Source: an uncultured Acidobacteriota bacterium
GTDB lineage: Bacteria; Acidobacteriota; Thermoanaerobaculia; UBA5066; Gp7-AA6
Length of the DNA: 64,000 nucleotides
Direction of reading: 5' to 3'
Assembly (NCBI GenBank): GCA_963764715.1
Contig: CAVXTP010000006.1
Span: 96,001 to 160,000 of the forward strand
Below, piece after piece: positions 51,762 through 61,815 of the stretch. The notes below the pieces were generated by a model. That model was given only the letters and a program-made list of their open reading frames with translations, was not told where the DNA came from and did not search any database. The translations under genes and the position numbers were made by a program. Within the stretch, counting starts at the first letter, position 1, and each line of letters opens with the position of its first letter.

Positions 51762-52522
51762 CGCATCACCCGCCCCGCCGGCCGCTCGGCCGCGGGCGTC
51801 CAGGGCATGGGCCGCGAGGCCAGCACGGCCTCCGGATTCGCCTCGAAGAGCCCTTTCTCGGTTTCCTCTCCCCAGAGGCGGCGGACGTGCTCGCGCGCCG
51901 CGGCCAGCCGCGGCGGACGAAGCTCCAGGCTGTGGGAGTCCGACGCCACGAGGGACACGAGGCCCCGGCGAAGCAGCTCCTCGCTCGACGCTTTCGCGCG
52001 CTCGCCGAAGTCGCCGAGCAGCGAGCCGGCCGTCAGCTGCGCCACGGCGCCGAGACGCAACAGCCGCTCGAGGGCCGAGGGCTCCCGCCGGAAGACGGGG
52101 TGGCGTTCCGGATGGGCCACGACGGGCGTCACGCCCAGGATCGACAGCTCGTGAAAGATCGCCTCGGTCGTCCGCGTCGGCGCCGACGGCGGAAGCTCGA
52201 CTAGCAGGTACTGGCCGCGGTTCAGGCCCGTCAGCGGTCCGGCGCTCCCGCGCTCCACGAGCTCGAGCATCTCCGGCGAGAAGTAGTACTCGCAGCCGGC
52301 CAGGACCGCCGGCCGTCCGCCCAGCAGCGTGTTGAGGCGCAGGATGAGGCCGTCCCGCGCCGCCGGCTCCTCGTTCGACCACGCGTCGCGCAGCACGTGC
52401 GGCGTCGCCACCACGGTCTCGACGCCCTCGCCGGCCGCGGCCCGGCAGAGCGCCACGGCCTCGTCGAAGGTCTTCGGGCCGTCGTCGATGCCCGGCAGAC
52501 AGTGGAAATGGAGATCGATCAC
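51758..52522 (-). CDS. PHP-family protein-tyrosine phosphatase (CpsB/CapC/YwqE)
   Basis: IDLHFHCLPGIDDG, ATPH, AHPER, ASDSH. Confidence 0.93.
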   Translation of the reverse strand: MIDLHFHCLPGIDDGPKTFDEAVALCRAAAGEGVETVVATPHVLRDAWSNEEPAARDGLILRLNTLLGGRPAVLAGCEYYFSPEMLELVERGSAGPLTGLNRGQYLLVELPPSAPTRTTEAIFHELSILGVTPVVAHPERHPVFRREPSALERLLRLGAVAQLTAGSLLGDFGERAKASSEELLRRGLVSLVASDSHSLELRPPRLAAAREHVRRLWGEETEKGLFEANPEAVLASRPMPWTPAAERPAGRVMR

Positions 52523-52547
52523 GCGGCGCGCCGTCGAAAACGGCCGG

Positions 52548-54807
52548 CTAGCTGTGGACCACGCGCGGGCCGCTCTTCTCCTGCTCCAGCTCGGGCCGCC
52601 CCTCCCCCGCGTACCCGTAGCCGTACTCGTAGCGGTAGTACGCCGCGTGCTCGGGCTCCAGGGCGTTGATCAGGACGCCGATGATCGGCACGCCGCTCCG
52701 CAGGATGCGGTCCCTCGCGCGGATCAGGTGCTCGCGCGCGGTCGATCCGCCCCGCACGCAGAGGACGACCCCGTCGGTCTGCATCGCGAAGACGAGGGTG
52801 TCCGACACGGGAAGCACGGGAGGCGAGTCGACGATGACGTGATCGAAGTTGACGGCGGCGAGCTCCAGGAACTTCCGCATCGCGTCCGACGCCAGCAGGC
52901 CCGAGGGGTTCGGGGCCTCCGGTCCCGCCGGAACGACGAAGACGCCGGGGACCGACGTCTTGACGATCGCCCGCGACGGCTCGATCCCCTCGGCGAGGAC
53001 GGACACGAGCCCGACGCGGTTCGGAATGTGGAAGATCTCGTGGAGCCGGGACTTGTGAAGGTCGGCGTCCACCAGGAGAACGCGCCGCCCGAGCTGGCTC
53101 AGGACGACGGCGAGGTTGACGGCGGTCGTCGTCTTCCCCTCGTGCGGGAACGCCGAGGTGATCACGACGGACTTCACGCCGCCGGCCCGGGAGAGCATCA
53201 GGGCCGTGCGGAAGGCGCGGTACGCCTCGGCCGTGGGCGACCGGGGCTCGTCGTGGGGAGCGAGCTCGATCGCATCGAGGCCCGCCTCCGGCTCCTCGCC
53301 GCCCTTGGCGGCTCCGCCGAAGATCCGGGATCGCGCGCTTCCGGGCGCCGGGGCCTTGGCGCGCACCGGAATGACGCCGAGGGGAGGCAGCTGGATGAGC
53401 CGCTCGACCTGTTCGGGCGTGCGGATGGACCGGTCGAGGTACGACAGGAAAAAGGCCAGCCCGATGCCGAGCCCGCCCCCGAGGAACAGCGTGATCAGCA
53501 GGTTCTTCTTGAGCGACGGCTCGAAGGGGCCGCCGGGCTCCAGCGCCCGGTCCACGATCCGCACGCTCGTGAGCTGGTCTTCGTGGACGCGGGAGATGAC
53601 CTCCATCTCGCCCTGCTGGCGAAGCAGGCTGTCGAGCAGGGCGCGCTTGGTGTCGATCTCCACCTTCAGGTTCCGGAATTCGACGGTGTTGCTCCCCTGC
53701 GCCAGAGCGGCGGACTGCTCGGTGCGCGTCATGGTCCGAAGGTTTTGCTCGCGGCGCAGGGCGGTCAGGTATTCGCTCTTGGCAGCCTGGACGGCCCTCC
53801 CCGCGCCTTCGGTCGTCGCGGCCGCGAGGTTGCGCCGCGAATCCTCGATCTGGGCCTTGAGTTGCTGCATGGCGGGCCACTCGGGCTTATAGATGTTGGA
53901 TTTCTCGGCGTAGTCGCGCTCGAGCCTCTGAAGCTCGGCGCGCAACGTTGCGACGACGGCCGAGTCCGCGAGCGTTTCCGGAGACGTCGCCTGCAGCTCC
54001 TGATACCTCGCTTCCTTCGCGACGCGATCGGCCACCGCCGCCGCCAGATCCCGGTTGACGGAATCGAGCTTCTGGAGGGCCGGGTTCGAGTTGGCGTCGA
54101 CGGAGACGATCTCCTTCTGGCGGCCGTACGCCAGCAGCTCCTTCTCCTTTTCCTCGATCTCGGCCTTGGCCTGCTCGATCTGCGTTCCGAGGAACTGGCT
54201 CGACTGCCCGATGAGCTTGAACCGGGACTCGACGTTCCAGTCGATGTAGGCATCCGCCACGGCGTTCGGGATCGCCGCGGCGAGCTCGCGGGACGGCGCG
54301 ATCGCCGCGAGCTCCACGAGGCTCGTGCTGCGGACGATGCTCGCGTCCAGCCACTTCCGGACCTCGAGGGCCGCGTCGATGATCTCGCTCGTCGGTCGGC
54401 TTGCGGACCTTCCCCTTCGCGTCGGGTCGGAACTCCGCGTAGCCTTCCGGGTTGAAGGTCGGGTCGGCCAGCAGATTCAGCCGGCGGACGACGCGCTCGG
54501 CGATCTCGCGGCTCTGCATGAGCTGGATCTGGCTCGGCAGGAACTCCGCGGAGGAGCCGCCGTCGCCCTGGCCGGCCGAGAACGGGACGGGGCGCGATGC
54601 CTGCCTCTCGACGTCGAGTACCGCGGTCGCCGTGTACTTCGGCTTCGTCAGGACGGTCATCAGCACGCCCGCGACGAGTCCGGCGGCGAGGCAGGTCGCG
54701 ATCAGGCGGCGCCGCTTGACCAGAATCGCCCAGTAGTCCGCGAGGTGGATCTCGCGATGCGGTGCCGCGCCTTCAGGGGCGTCGTCGAACGAATCGAGCT
54801 CAGCCAT
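52548..54807 (-). CDS. wzc: Polysaccharide co-polymerase / BY-kinase; frameshift near 54390
   Basis: Two TM helices, coiled-coil periplasmic region, EAYRAFRT, Walker A HEGKTT, LLVDADL, VIVDSPP, Tyr cluster YYRYEYGYGY. Confidence 0.93.
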
Positions 54808-55650
54808 CAGAAGAAAGACTCCTTGACGACGACCACGTCGTTGGCCTCGATCGGGATGTCGGGGTCCTTCCCCGCCACGATCCGCTTGAAGTCCACCACG
54901 GTCTCCACGTCCTTGCCGTCCGCGCCGCGGCGCTTGATCCGGATCGTGCTCGAGGCGCGGTCGCTCAGGCCCCCGGCCCGTGCGATCACCGAGAGCAGCG
55001 AGATCCGGTCGTCGCTGTCGAACTGCAGCGCGCCCGGAGCCTTGACCTCGCCGAGGCAGAAGACCGTGATCGTCGTCCGCGGGACGACGTTGATGACGTC
55101 GGCCGGCTGGATCGGGATGTTCCAGAGCTCGGTGGCGTTCTGGAAGAGGTCGTCCGTGCGGATCTCGAGCGTGTCGGAGAGTCCGTTGTCGGCCCGGCGC
55201 AGGACGAGGATGCGTCGACCAGCCTTTTCTGTCAGGCCTCCCGCGGCGGTGATCGCCGTCATGAGCGTCCAGCGTCCCGAGATCGCGAGGGAACCGGGAT
55301 GCAGGACGGCGCCGAGGACCGAGACCGGCTTGTTGGCGAACTCCTTGACGACGACCGACGACGTTGGCCCGGTTGACGTACTTCTCGACGAGCGTCGCCT
55401 CGAGCCGGGCTCGGATCTCGGTCGCGGTCAGGCCCGTGACGGGCACCGCCCCGAGCAGCGGCAGCTCGATCGCTCCGCTGTCGGACACGCGCCGCTCGAC
55501 GTTCAGCTCGGGGAGCTCGAGGACGCGGATCTCCAGCAGGTCCCTCGGGCCGACGACGTAGTCTCCCGAGCGCGACAGGCTCCTGTCCCCCGAGGACCCC
55601 GGCCGCCAGCGCACAGCGCGGCCATGGCGATGGTCACCACGGCGCCTCAT
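54807..55650 (-). CDS. wza: Short OPX polysaccharide export protein (Poly_export + SLBB); frameshifts near 55600 and 55360
   Basis: YVVGPRDLLEI...G.IELPLLG...GLT, LGEVKAPG, ARAGGL; ends DVVVVKESFF. Confidence 0.85.
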
Positions 55651-56995
55651 CGCTGGAAGACTCCCGTGAAGGACAACATCGCGGTGTATCGAGTATAGGC
55701 GCGGCTCTCGCCCGGGATGTTCGAGTCGACGACGGTCCGATTGACACGGCCCGAGAGGACGAGGGGCCGCCAGAGGAGGACGGAGAATCCACCTCCGTAC
55801 TGTTCGGATTCGTCGCGGCGCTTGACCGGCTCGCCGTCGACAAGCTGCGCGCGCGGATAGTTGTTCGGCCCGACTAGACCGTATCCGGTCACAAGAGAAC
55901 CGGTTGCCGAGCTGGATGTTGATCTTCCCGCCGATGCCGGTTCGTCGAAGTAGTAGGGGTTCTCGATCGTGATGCTGTACGTCACGCTGCGATGGCCGAA
56001 GCCCTGGATCTCGAGCCACGTGATGGGGAACCAGGACACGAAGAACGACCCGACTCCCGTCGAGTAGTCCGGGAAGTAGGCGCTGTCCTCCCCCTTGCCC
56101 TCCCGCCATCCGCCGATGAGGTTCACGTAGAACCTCGGACGGTTGTACTCCACGCTCATCAGGCCGGCCGTGCTCGTGTTGTTGCGCAGATGTCGGCGTG
56201 ATGTCGAATTCCGACGAAGGTGCCTTCTCCCACCAGAGCGACGTTCCACTCCGGCGAGATGTGGTACCGCACTCCGCCGCGGCCGGCGGTGCTCGTCCGA
56301 TCGTTGAGAATGACGCCGACGTCCTGGAGGGGCGGGCCCTGGATCTGCTCGTAGTGGACTTCCTGATAGTCGCCGAGGCCGAAGAGCGACCACTTGGCCG
56401 TCAGCTCGAGCTCGAGCTTCGCCACGGCGCTCTTCGAAGTCTCGAAAACGAGGCTGTCCACCTCGCTGCTGTAACGATTGTACTGCTGCGCATAATTTCC
56501 GGCGAACTCGGTCGTCAGGCGGTTGAAGAACCCGTAGAGGGACGCGTTATAGACGCCGCCAAACTGATCGCGGTCGGAGAGCTTGTCGTACCAGGTGTAC
56601 TGCGGAAATGCGTCGGCGCGAAAGACGAACTTCGGACCGAAGGGCACGAGGAACCGCGCGCCGGCATTGACTGTGAAGGTCCAGTCGCCGACCGGGTTTT
56701 CCGAGGTCCCGTAGACGTTGCTGTCGTAACCGGTGTTCCACACCGAGAACGACGGCAGGATCCGGACGGGGCCCAGCCGGAGCCGGGCCTTGCTCATGTC
56801 CTCGTTGATCAGCTCGCGTTCCGGAATGGTCCGGTTCAGCGGCACCGAGTCGGACGCGAGGGACGGTCCGCCGACGCCGCCCCCGCCCTGGGCGAGCAGC
56901 GGGAAGGCGGCCAGACCGCCGACGAGCGCGAGGAGCACGGCGGCCGAAGTCGGCCCGAAGGTGCGGGTTCGCATCAAATGCATACGGCAGGCCAT
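55647..56995 (-). CDS. Outer-membrane beta-barrel protein associated with EPS export; frameshifts near 56200 and 55930
   Basis: Signal peptide, TGYDSNV motif, alternating aromatic beta-strands, terminal strand ending ..FTGVFQR; adjacent to wza/wzc. Confidence 0.75.
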
Positions 56996-56998
56996 CCT

Positions 56999-58339
56999 TT
57001 ACTGCCCCAGGATCTTCTTCGAGTACTCGTCGACGAGGACGCCCGACACCTTCGGCATCGCCCGCTGCATGTAGCCCCGCGCCTCGTCGGTCTTCCCGGT
57101 CTCGTAGAGGACGACCGCCGCGTAGAACATCGAGGGCGCCTCGGCGTCGGCGAACGGGGCGACGATGGCCACCTGGGTCGCTCCCTCGCGATAGGAGCCG
57201 GACAGACAGGCCGCCTCCAGCAGCGCGAGCCGGAGTTCGCGGTTGCCCGGATCCGCCTTCAGGGCTTCCGCCAGCGAACGCTGGGCCTCGGCCGCCTTGC
57301 CGGCCGCGACGAGGCGGCGGCTTTCGGCGAGCACCTCGCGGCTGTTCGATGGAGCCGCCGCCGCGGGTACCGGCGCCGGCGCGGGAGTCGGATTGGGGCG
57401 TCGCGCCCCGGGCGACTGCGGCTGAGGCGGCGGCGCGGGCGGTGGAGTCGTCCGCGGAGCCTGGGCGACCCGCTGCGGACGCTCGGAGGCGAGCTTCTGC
57501 CGGGCGCGTGCCACGTCCGGGCGGCTGGCGACGCTTTCCGGGATGTGGCGCGAGGCATCGTCGGCCCCGGACCAATCGCCGCTCTCGACGAGGACCACGA
57601 GCACGTCGCCGTAGAGCTCCGGGCGCTTCTCCAGCGCGGCCGGCGGGATCGCCGCCACGTCCGCCTTCGCCGGAGCGGTCTGGCCCCGCAGAATGCGCGC
57701 CCGCGCGCGCAGGGCGAGACCGTCCGGGTTGGATGGGTCGAGGCTCAGCGCCTTCGCCGCCCATTTTTCGGCGTCTTTTCCGTCCGACCGATCCACGGCG
57801 TCACGGGCGAGCGCGAGCGGCCAGACGACCGAATTCGGGTCTCGCCGCGAGGCGGCCTCGAGAGCGCGGCGGCGTTCCGCCGGAGGCAGTTTGGCGATCT
57901 TCTGTTCCTCGGTCTCGACCAGCCCGGCGAGGGACGGCAGCCCGAGGAGGGTCGCCTCGGGAACGCGGCGCAGCAGCAGGGCCCGGAAGTCGGCCTGGGC
58001 GGCGCCGTCGAGCCCCGGAGGCGGATAGGCGGGGAAACGGCGCTGGATCTCGAGGAACCGCTGAATCGTCGAGTCGGCGTCCGCCGCGCGGCTCGCGCCC
58101 GTCTGAGCGAGCGCCAGGCGCGCGAGCGTGTTGGAAAGCGGCCCGGGCTGGTTCAAATAACCGAACGCCGCGACCCGGAACTGGTCGATCGCTTCGAGGT
58201 AACGCTTCTCGGCGTAGAGGCTCTGGCCGGACTGAAGGCGGGCCTCGTTGAAGTCGGCGGTCGGCGGGTTCGCGCTCGCGGCGACGGCCGCCGAAGCCAC
58301 CCCGACTGCGAGTAGGATGAACCGGTGACGCTGGCTCAA
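56999..58339 (-). CDS. Secreted tetratricopeptide-repeat protein with Pro-rich linker
   Basis: TTG start with GGAGG SD, signal peptide, TPR-like motifs (ALSLDPSNPD, ALKADPGN). Confidence 0.75.
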   Translation of the reverse strand: MSQRHRFILLAVGVASAAVAASANPPTADFNEARLQSGQSLYAEKRYLEAIDQFRVAAFGYLNQPGPLSNTLARLALAQTGASRAADADSTIQRFLEIQRRFPAYPPPGLDGAAQADFRALLLRRVPEATLLGLPSLAGLVETEEQKIAKLPPAERRRALEAASRRDPNSVVWPLALARDAVDRSDGKDAEKWAAKALSLDPSNPDGLALRARARILRGQTAPAKADVAAIPPAALEKRPELYGDVLVVLVESGDWSGADDASRHIPESVASRPDVARARQKLASERPQRVAQAPRTTPPPAPPPQPQSPGARRPNPTPAPAPVPAAAAPSNSREVLAESRRLVAAGKAAEAQRSLAEALKADPGNRELRLALLEAACLSGSYREGATQVAIVAPFADAEAPSMFYAAVVLYETGKTDEARGYMQRAMPKVSGVLVDEYSKKILGQ

Positions 58340-59767
58340 CGCCTGGCCTCCGCGGCGCGAGAGACGCTCTTCCCGGCGGATACCGACGGGAGGGACCGGC
58401 TCGCTTTTGTCATGCTCCTGGCGTTCATCCTCGTCGCTCCGTGGCTGGGAAGCGCCCGCCTGCCCGCCTCGGTCGCCGGGGCGCCGGCCCCCGTGGGGCG
58501 GCTGCTCATTCCGGCGGCCGGGTTTGCGATCGGGGCCGTAACTTTCTCTTCCCGCTCGTCCTTTCGGTCTCTCCGTCCGCTCGTCCTGCCGCTTTCTTCG
58601 ATGCTCGCGCTGATGCTGCTCGGCGTTCTGCAGCTGAGTCCCCTGCCCGAGCCCTTGCTCGGCCAGCTTGCTCCCGTGAACCTTCAAATTTACCACGAAA
58701 CCACTGAGCTTTTGACTCTTTACGGCCGGCCGGCACCCCTGCCGATGGTCTCGCTCGCCCCCGATGAAACCGCCGCAACTGTTCTCCGTCTGGGCGGTTA
58801 CGCGGCTCTCGGGGTGGCCGCCGTGCACCTCCTGAGGACCCGCTTGAGGAGGCGGGCCTTCGCCTGGACCGCGATTGCCGCGGGGTTCCTCCAGATCGTC
58901 GCCGCCGGTCTGCTGAAAGCGGTCGGCGCGACCGGTCTTCTCCCGTTTCCGTCCACTTCCGACCTCGGGGGGTATCTGCTCGTCCTCCTGCTGGTGGCCA
59001 TGGGCACGCTCTGGGCCGAGGTCCTGACCAACCGCGACCGCGGCCGCGAAGCGGCCGACCGGGGCGAGAGGCTGGCGCAGCGGATCACGCCGCTCGGGGC
59101 GCGCATCACCGCCTGCGCCGTGCTCGGCGCGGGCATCTTCTACATCCGGTCGGCCGTCAGCATGGCGGCGGGGGGAGCGGCCATCCTGCTGTTTCTCCTC
59201 CTCGCGGGGCGCCATCCGCTGCGCCTGCGGCGCACGGCGGCCGCGGGCGCGTTCGGCTTCGCGACCCTCGTCCTCTTCGGATCGGAGGCTCAGGCGCTCC
59301 CGCTCGCCGTCGCGGGGACAGCCATCGATCGGCGCCTGGCGATCTGGCAGGCCTGCATCGACACGTGGCATCAGTTTCCGATCCTGGGCTCGGGGCTCGG
59401 AGCCTTTCGCGACGCCTTCCGCCGCATCCAGCCACGCGAGCTTTCGGGGCTCGTCGACAACGCCCGGTCCGACCCGCTTCAGATTCTCGTCACCGGAGGA
59501 GCCGTGGGGGCGCTCTTCGCCGCCGTGGCGTGCGTTTCCCTGCTCGTACTTCTTCTTCGCCGGTGGAAGGCCCAGCGCCATCGAGAGGAGAGCGCGTACG
59601 CGCTGGCGGGGATCGGGGCCCTCGTGGCGCTCGGGCTCGACGGCCTCGCCGAATTCAACCTCGGGGCGCCCGCCGTCCCGGCCACGCTTGCCTGCGTGAT
59701 CGGAATGGCGATCGCCGCCGGCGACGGCAGTCCCCGCGATCAGTCCTGGACCCCGCGGAAGCCCTGA
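58325..59767 (+). CDS. O-antigen ligase family (Wzy_C) membrane protein
   Basis: About 12 TM helices, RLAIW...FPILGSGLGAF...NARSDPLQILVTGGAVG. Confidence 0.8.
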   Translation: MTLAQRLASAARETLFPADTDGRDRLAFVMLLAFILVAPWLGSARLPASVAGAPAPVGRLLIPAAGFAIGAVTFSSRSSFRSLRPLVLPLSSMLALMLLGVLQLSPLPEPLLGQLAPVNLQIYHETTELLTLYGRPAPLPMVSLAPDETAATVLRLGGYAALGVAAVHLLRTRLRRRAFAWTAIAAGFLQIVAAGLLKAVGATGLLPFPSTSDLGGYLLVLLLVAMGTLWAEVLTNRDRGREAADRGERLAQRITPLGARITACAVLGAGIFYIRSAVSMAAGGAAILLFLLLAGRHPLRLRRTAAAGAFGFATLVLFGSEAQALPLAVAGTAIDRRLAIWQACIDTWHQFPILGSGLGAFRDAFRRIQPRELSGLVDNARSDPLQILVTGGAVGALFAAVACVSLLVLLLRRWKAQRHREESAYALAGIGALVALGLDGLAEFNLGAPAVPATLACVIGMAIAAGDGSPRDQSWTPRKP

Positions 59768-59789
59768 ACGAGTCCGATATCCTGCGCCG

Positions 59790-60716
59790 ATGACTGAAGC
59801 GACGGCATCGGGGATCGTTCTCGACGGCACCGAGCTCGCCCGGAAGATTCGGCTCGGCCTGCGGGACAAAGCGGACGCCCGGACGCCGGCCCCGGGGCTC
59901 CGCGTGCTCCTCGTGGGAGACAACCCGGCATCGCAGTCCTACGTCGGCGCGAAGACCCGGGCCGCGCTCGAGGCCGGGATCCGCGCCGAGACCTTGCGGC
60001 TGCCCGGAGACATCCGTCCGGAATCGCTTCTGGCGGAAGTCGCGCGGGCCAACGACGACCCGTCGATCCACGGCATTCTCATCCAGCTTCCGCTTCCGGA
60101 GGGCCACGTGGCCGCGACCGTGCTCGACTCGGTCGATCCTTTGAAGGACGTCGACGGATTCCACCCCGAGAACGTCGGGCTCCTTCACCAGGGCCGGCCG
60201 CGATTCGTTCCGTGCACGCCGGCCGGGATCATGGAGCTGCTCGCGGCCTACGAGATCCCGCTCCGGGGCAAGCGCGCCGTGGTGCTCGGCCGCAGCGACA
60301 TCGTCGGCAAGCCCATGGCCGCGCTCCTGACGGCACGCGACGCCACGGTCACGGTGTGTCACTCGAAGACGCCCGACATCGCCGCCATCTGCCGCGAGGC
60401 GGACGTCCTCGTTGCGGCCATCGGCCGGCCCGGCTTCGTGACGCGCGACTTCGTCCGGCCGGGAGCCGCCGTCGTGGACGTCGGCATCAATCGACTCGAG
60501 TCGCTGGATGCGACGCCGGAAAACCTCCGGCGGTCCGAAAGGATCCGCCGGATCGTGGCCGAGAAGGGCCGCGCGCTCGTCGGCGACGTCGACTACGACG
60601 ACGTGGCCCCGGTGGCGGGGTGGATCACGCCGGTGCCCGGCGGGGTCGGCCCGCTCACCGTTGCGATGCTCCTCTCCAATACGATTAAGGCGGCTGGCCT
60701 AAGAGACGGAAAATAA
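59790..60716 (+). CDS. folD: Bifunctional methylenetetrahydrofolate dehydrogenase/cyclohydrolase
   Basis: GILIQLPLP, KDVDGFHP, PCTPAG, GRSDIVGKP, DVGIN, TPVPGGVGPLT. Confidence 0.97.
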   Translation: MTEATASGIVLDGTELARKIRLGLRDKADARTPAPGLRVLLVGDNPASQSYVGAKTRAALEAGIRAETLRLPGDIRPESLLAEVARANDDPSIHGILIQLPLPEGHVAATVLDSVDPLKDVDGFHPENVGLLHQGRPRFVPCTPAGIMELLAAYEIPLRGKRAVVLGRSDIVGKPMAALLTARDATVTVCHSKTPDIAAICREADVLVAAIGRPGFVTRDFVRPGAAVVDVGINRLESLDATPENLRRSERIRRIVAEKGRALVGDVDYDDVAPVAGWITPVPGGVGPLTVAMLLSNTIKAAGLRDGK

Positions 60717-60850
60717 TTAGGCACAACTTACGTCTAACCTAATGTAATAAGGGTTTAGACTCCCCCTCAAATCTCTGCCCGGCGCGGCGATGAGACGAGG
60801 CCGTAAGGACGCGGATTTGGAGGGCAACCATTCCCGGCTACAGCCTCGGA

Positions 60851-61786
60851 TTGCTCGTCGCGGGAGTCGCGGTCGTCGCGCTGGTCCTGGCGCTGCGCGC
60901 GCGCCGCCGGCGAGAAGCCGCGGAGCACCGCGAGTGGTCGATCGGGATCTTCGAAGGCCCCTCGCCTCTGGAGCTGCGGGACCCGCCGGAGATCGACAAT
61001 CCCGTGCTGACCGCCGCGCAGGTCAAGGATGCGCGCGCCGAGTTCGTGGCCGATCCGTTCCTGCTCCGGCGCGACTCGCGGTGGTTCATGTTCTTCGAGG
61101 TCCTCGAGGTCCTGGGCCGCCGCCGCCGGGGGTCGATCGGCGTGGCCACGAGCCCGGACGCCCGTTCCTGGACCTACGACCGGATCGTTCTTCGCGAGCC
61201 GTTCCACGTTTCCTACCCGTTCGTCTTCGAGGACGATGGCGACGTCTACATGGTGCCCGAGTCCTACGGAGACAAATCGGTCCGACTGTACAGGGCGAAA
61301 AACTTCCCGCACGACTGGGTGCTCGAGGCGACTCTGCTGTCCGGGCAGCCCTGGGTCGACTCGACGCTCGTCCGGCACCGGGGGCGCTGGTGGATGTTCA
61401 CGTCGCTTCCGTCGAACGACGAGCTCCACCTGTTTTCCGCCGACGCGCTCCGGGGTCCCTGGACGCCGCATCCGGGCAACCCGGTCGTGCGCGGAAACCT
61501 CCACACGGCCCGGCCCGGGGGGCGCGTCGTCGAGATGGACGGACGCCTCGTTCGCTTCGCCCAGGACGATGCCCCCTTCTACGGCAGGCAAGTCCTCGCC
61601 TTCGAGATCACCCGGCTCGACGGGGATGCGTACGTGGAGGCTCCGATCGGTCCCGAGCCGATCCTCGGGGCGTCGGGAAGCGGCTGGAACATGGACCAGA
61701 TGCACCATCTGGACGCGCATTTCCTCGAAAGCGGAACCTGGATCGCCTGCGTCGACGGGCGGGGACAGCCACCGAAACGGCGCTGA
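60851..61786 (+). CDS. Membrane-anchored five-bladed beta-propeller (GH43-like / GINT1 N-terminal-like) protein
   Basis: NPVLT, FVADPF, MFFE, FHVSYPFVF, YMVPES, WTPHPGNPV, ARPGG, HHLD. Start codon uncertain. Confidence 0.75.
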   Translation: MLVAGVAVVALVLALRARRRREAAEHREWSIGIFEGPSPLELRDPPEIDNPVLTAAQVKDARAEFVADPFLLRRDSRWFMFFEVLEVLGRRRRGSIGVATSPDARSWTYDRIVLREPFHVSYPFVFEDDGDVYMVPESYGDKSVRLYRAKNFPHDWVLEATLLSGQPWVDSTLVRHRGRWWMFTSLPSNDELHLFSADALRGPWTPHPGNPVVRGNLHTARPGGRVVEMDGRLVRFAQDDAPFYGRQVLAFEITRLDGDAYVEAPIGPEPILGASGSGWNMDQMHHLDAHFLESGTWIACVDGRGQPPKRR

Positions 61787-61815
61787 TCCTAATTTAGTTA
61801 GGAATTTATCGCCAA

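Noticed and set aside
15822-56995. Phase variation or programmed frameshifting as the cause of split genes
   Set aside because: No long homopolymer or SSR tracts or consistent slippery sites were seen at the breaks, and there are too many events; sequencing error is more parsimonious.
59790-60716. folD as a dedicated formyl donor for N-formyl sugars
   Set aside because: No sugar formyltransferase is found in the window; likely a housekeeping neighbour.
60732-60760. Integron attC or Xer dif site (GTCTAAC...GTTTAGAC)
   Set aside because: Too short for attC, the right end does not fit GTTRRRY, the match to the dif consensus is weak, and no integrase is present. Kept only as an unexplained palindromic motif.
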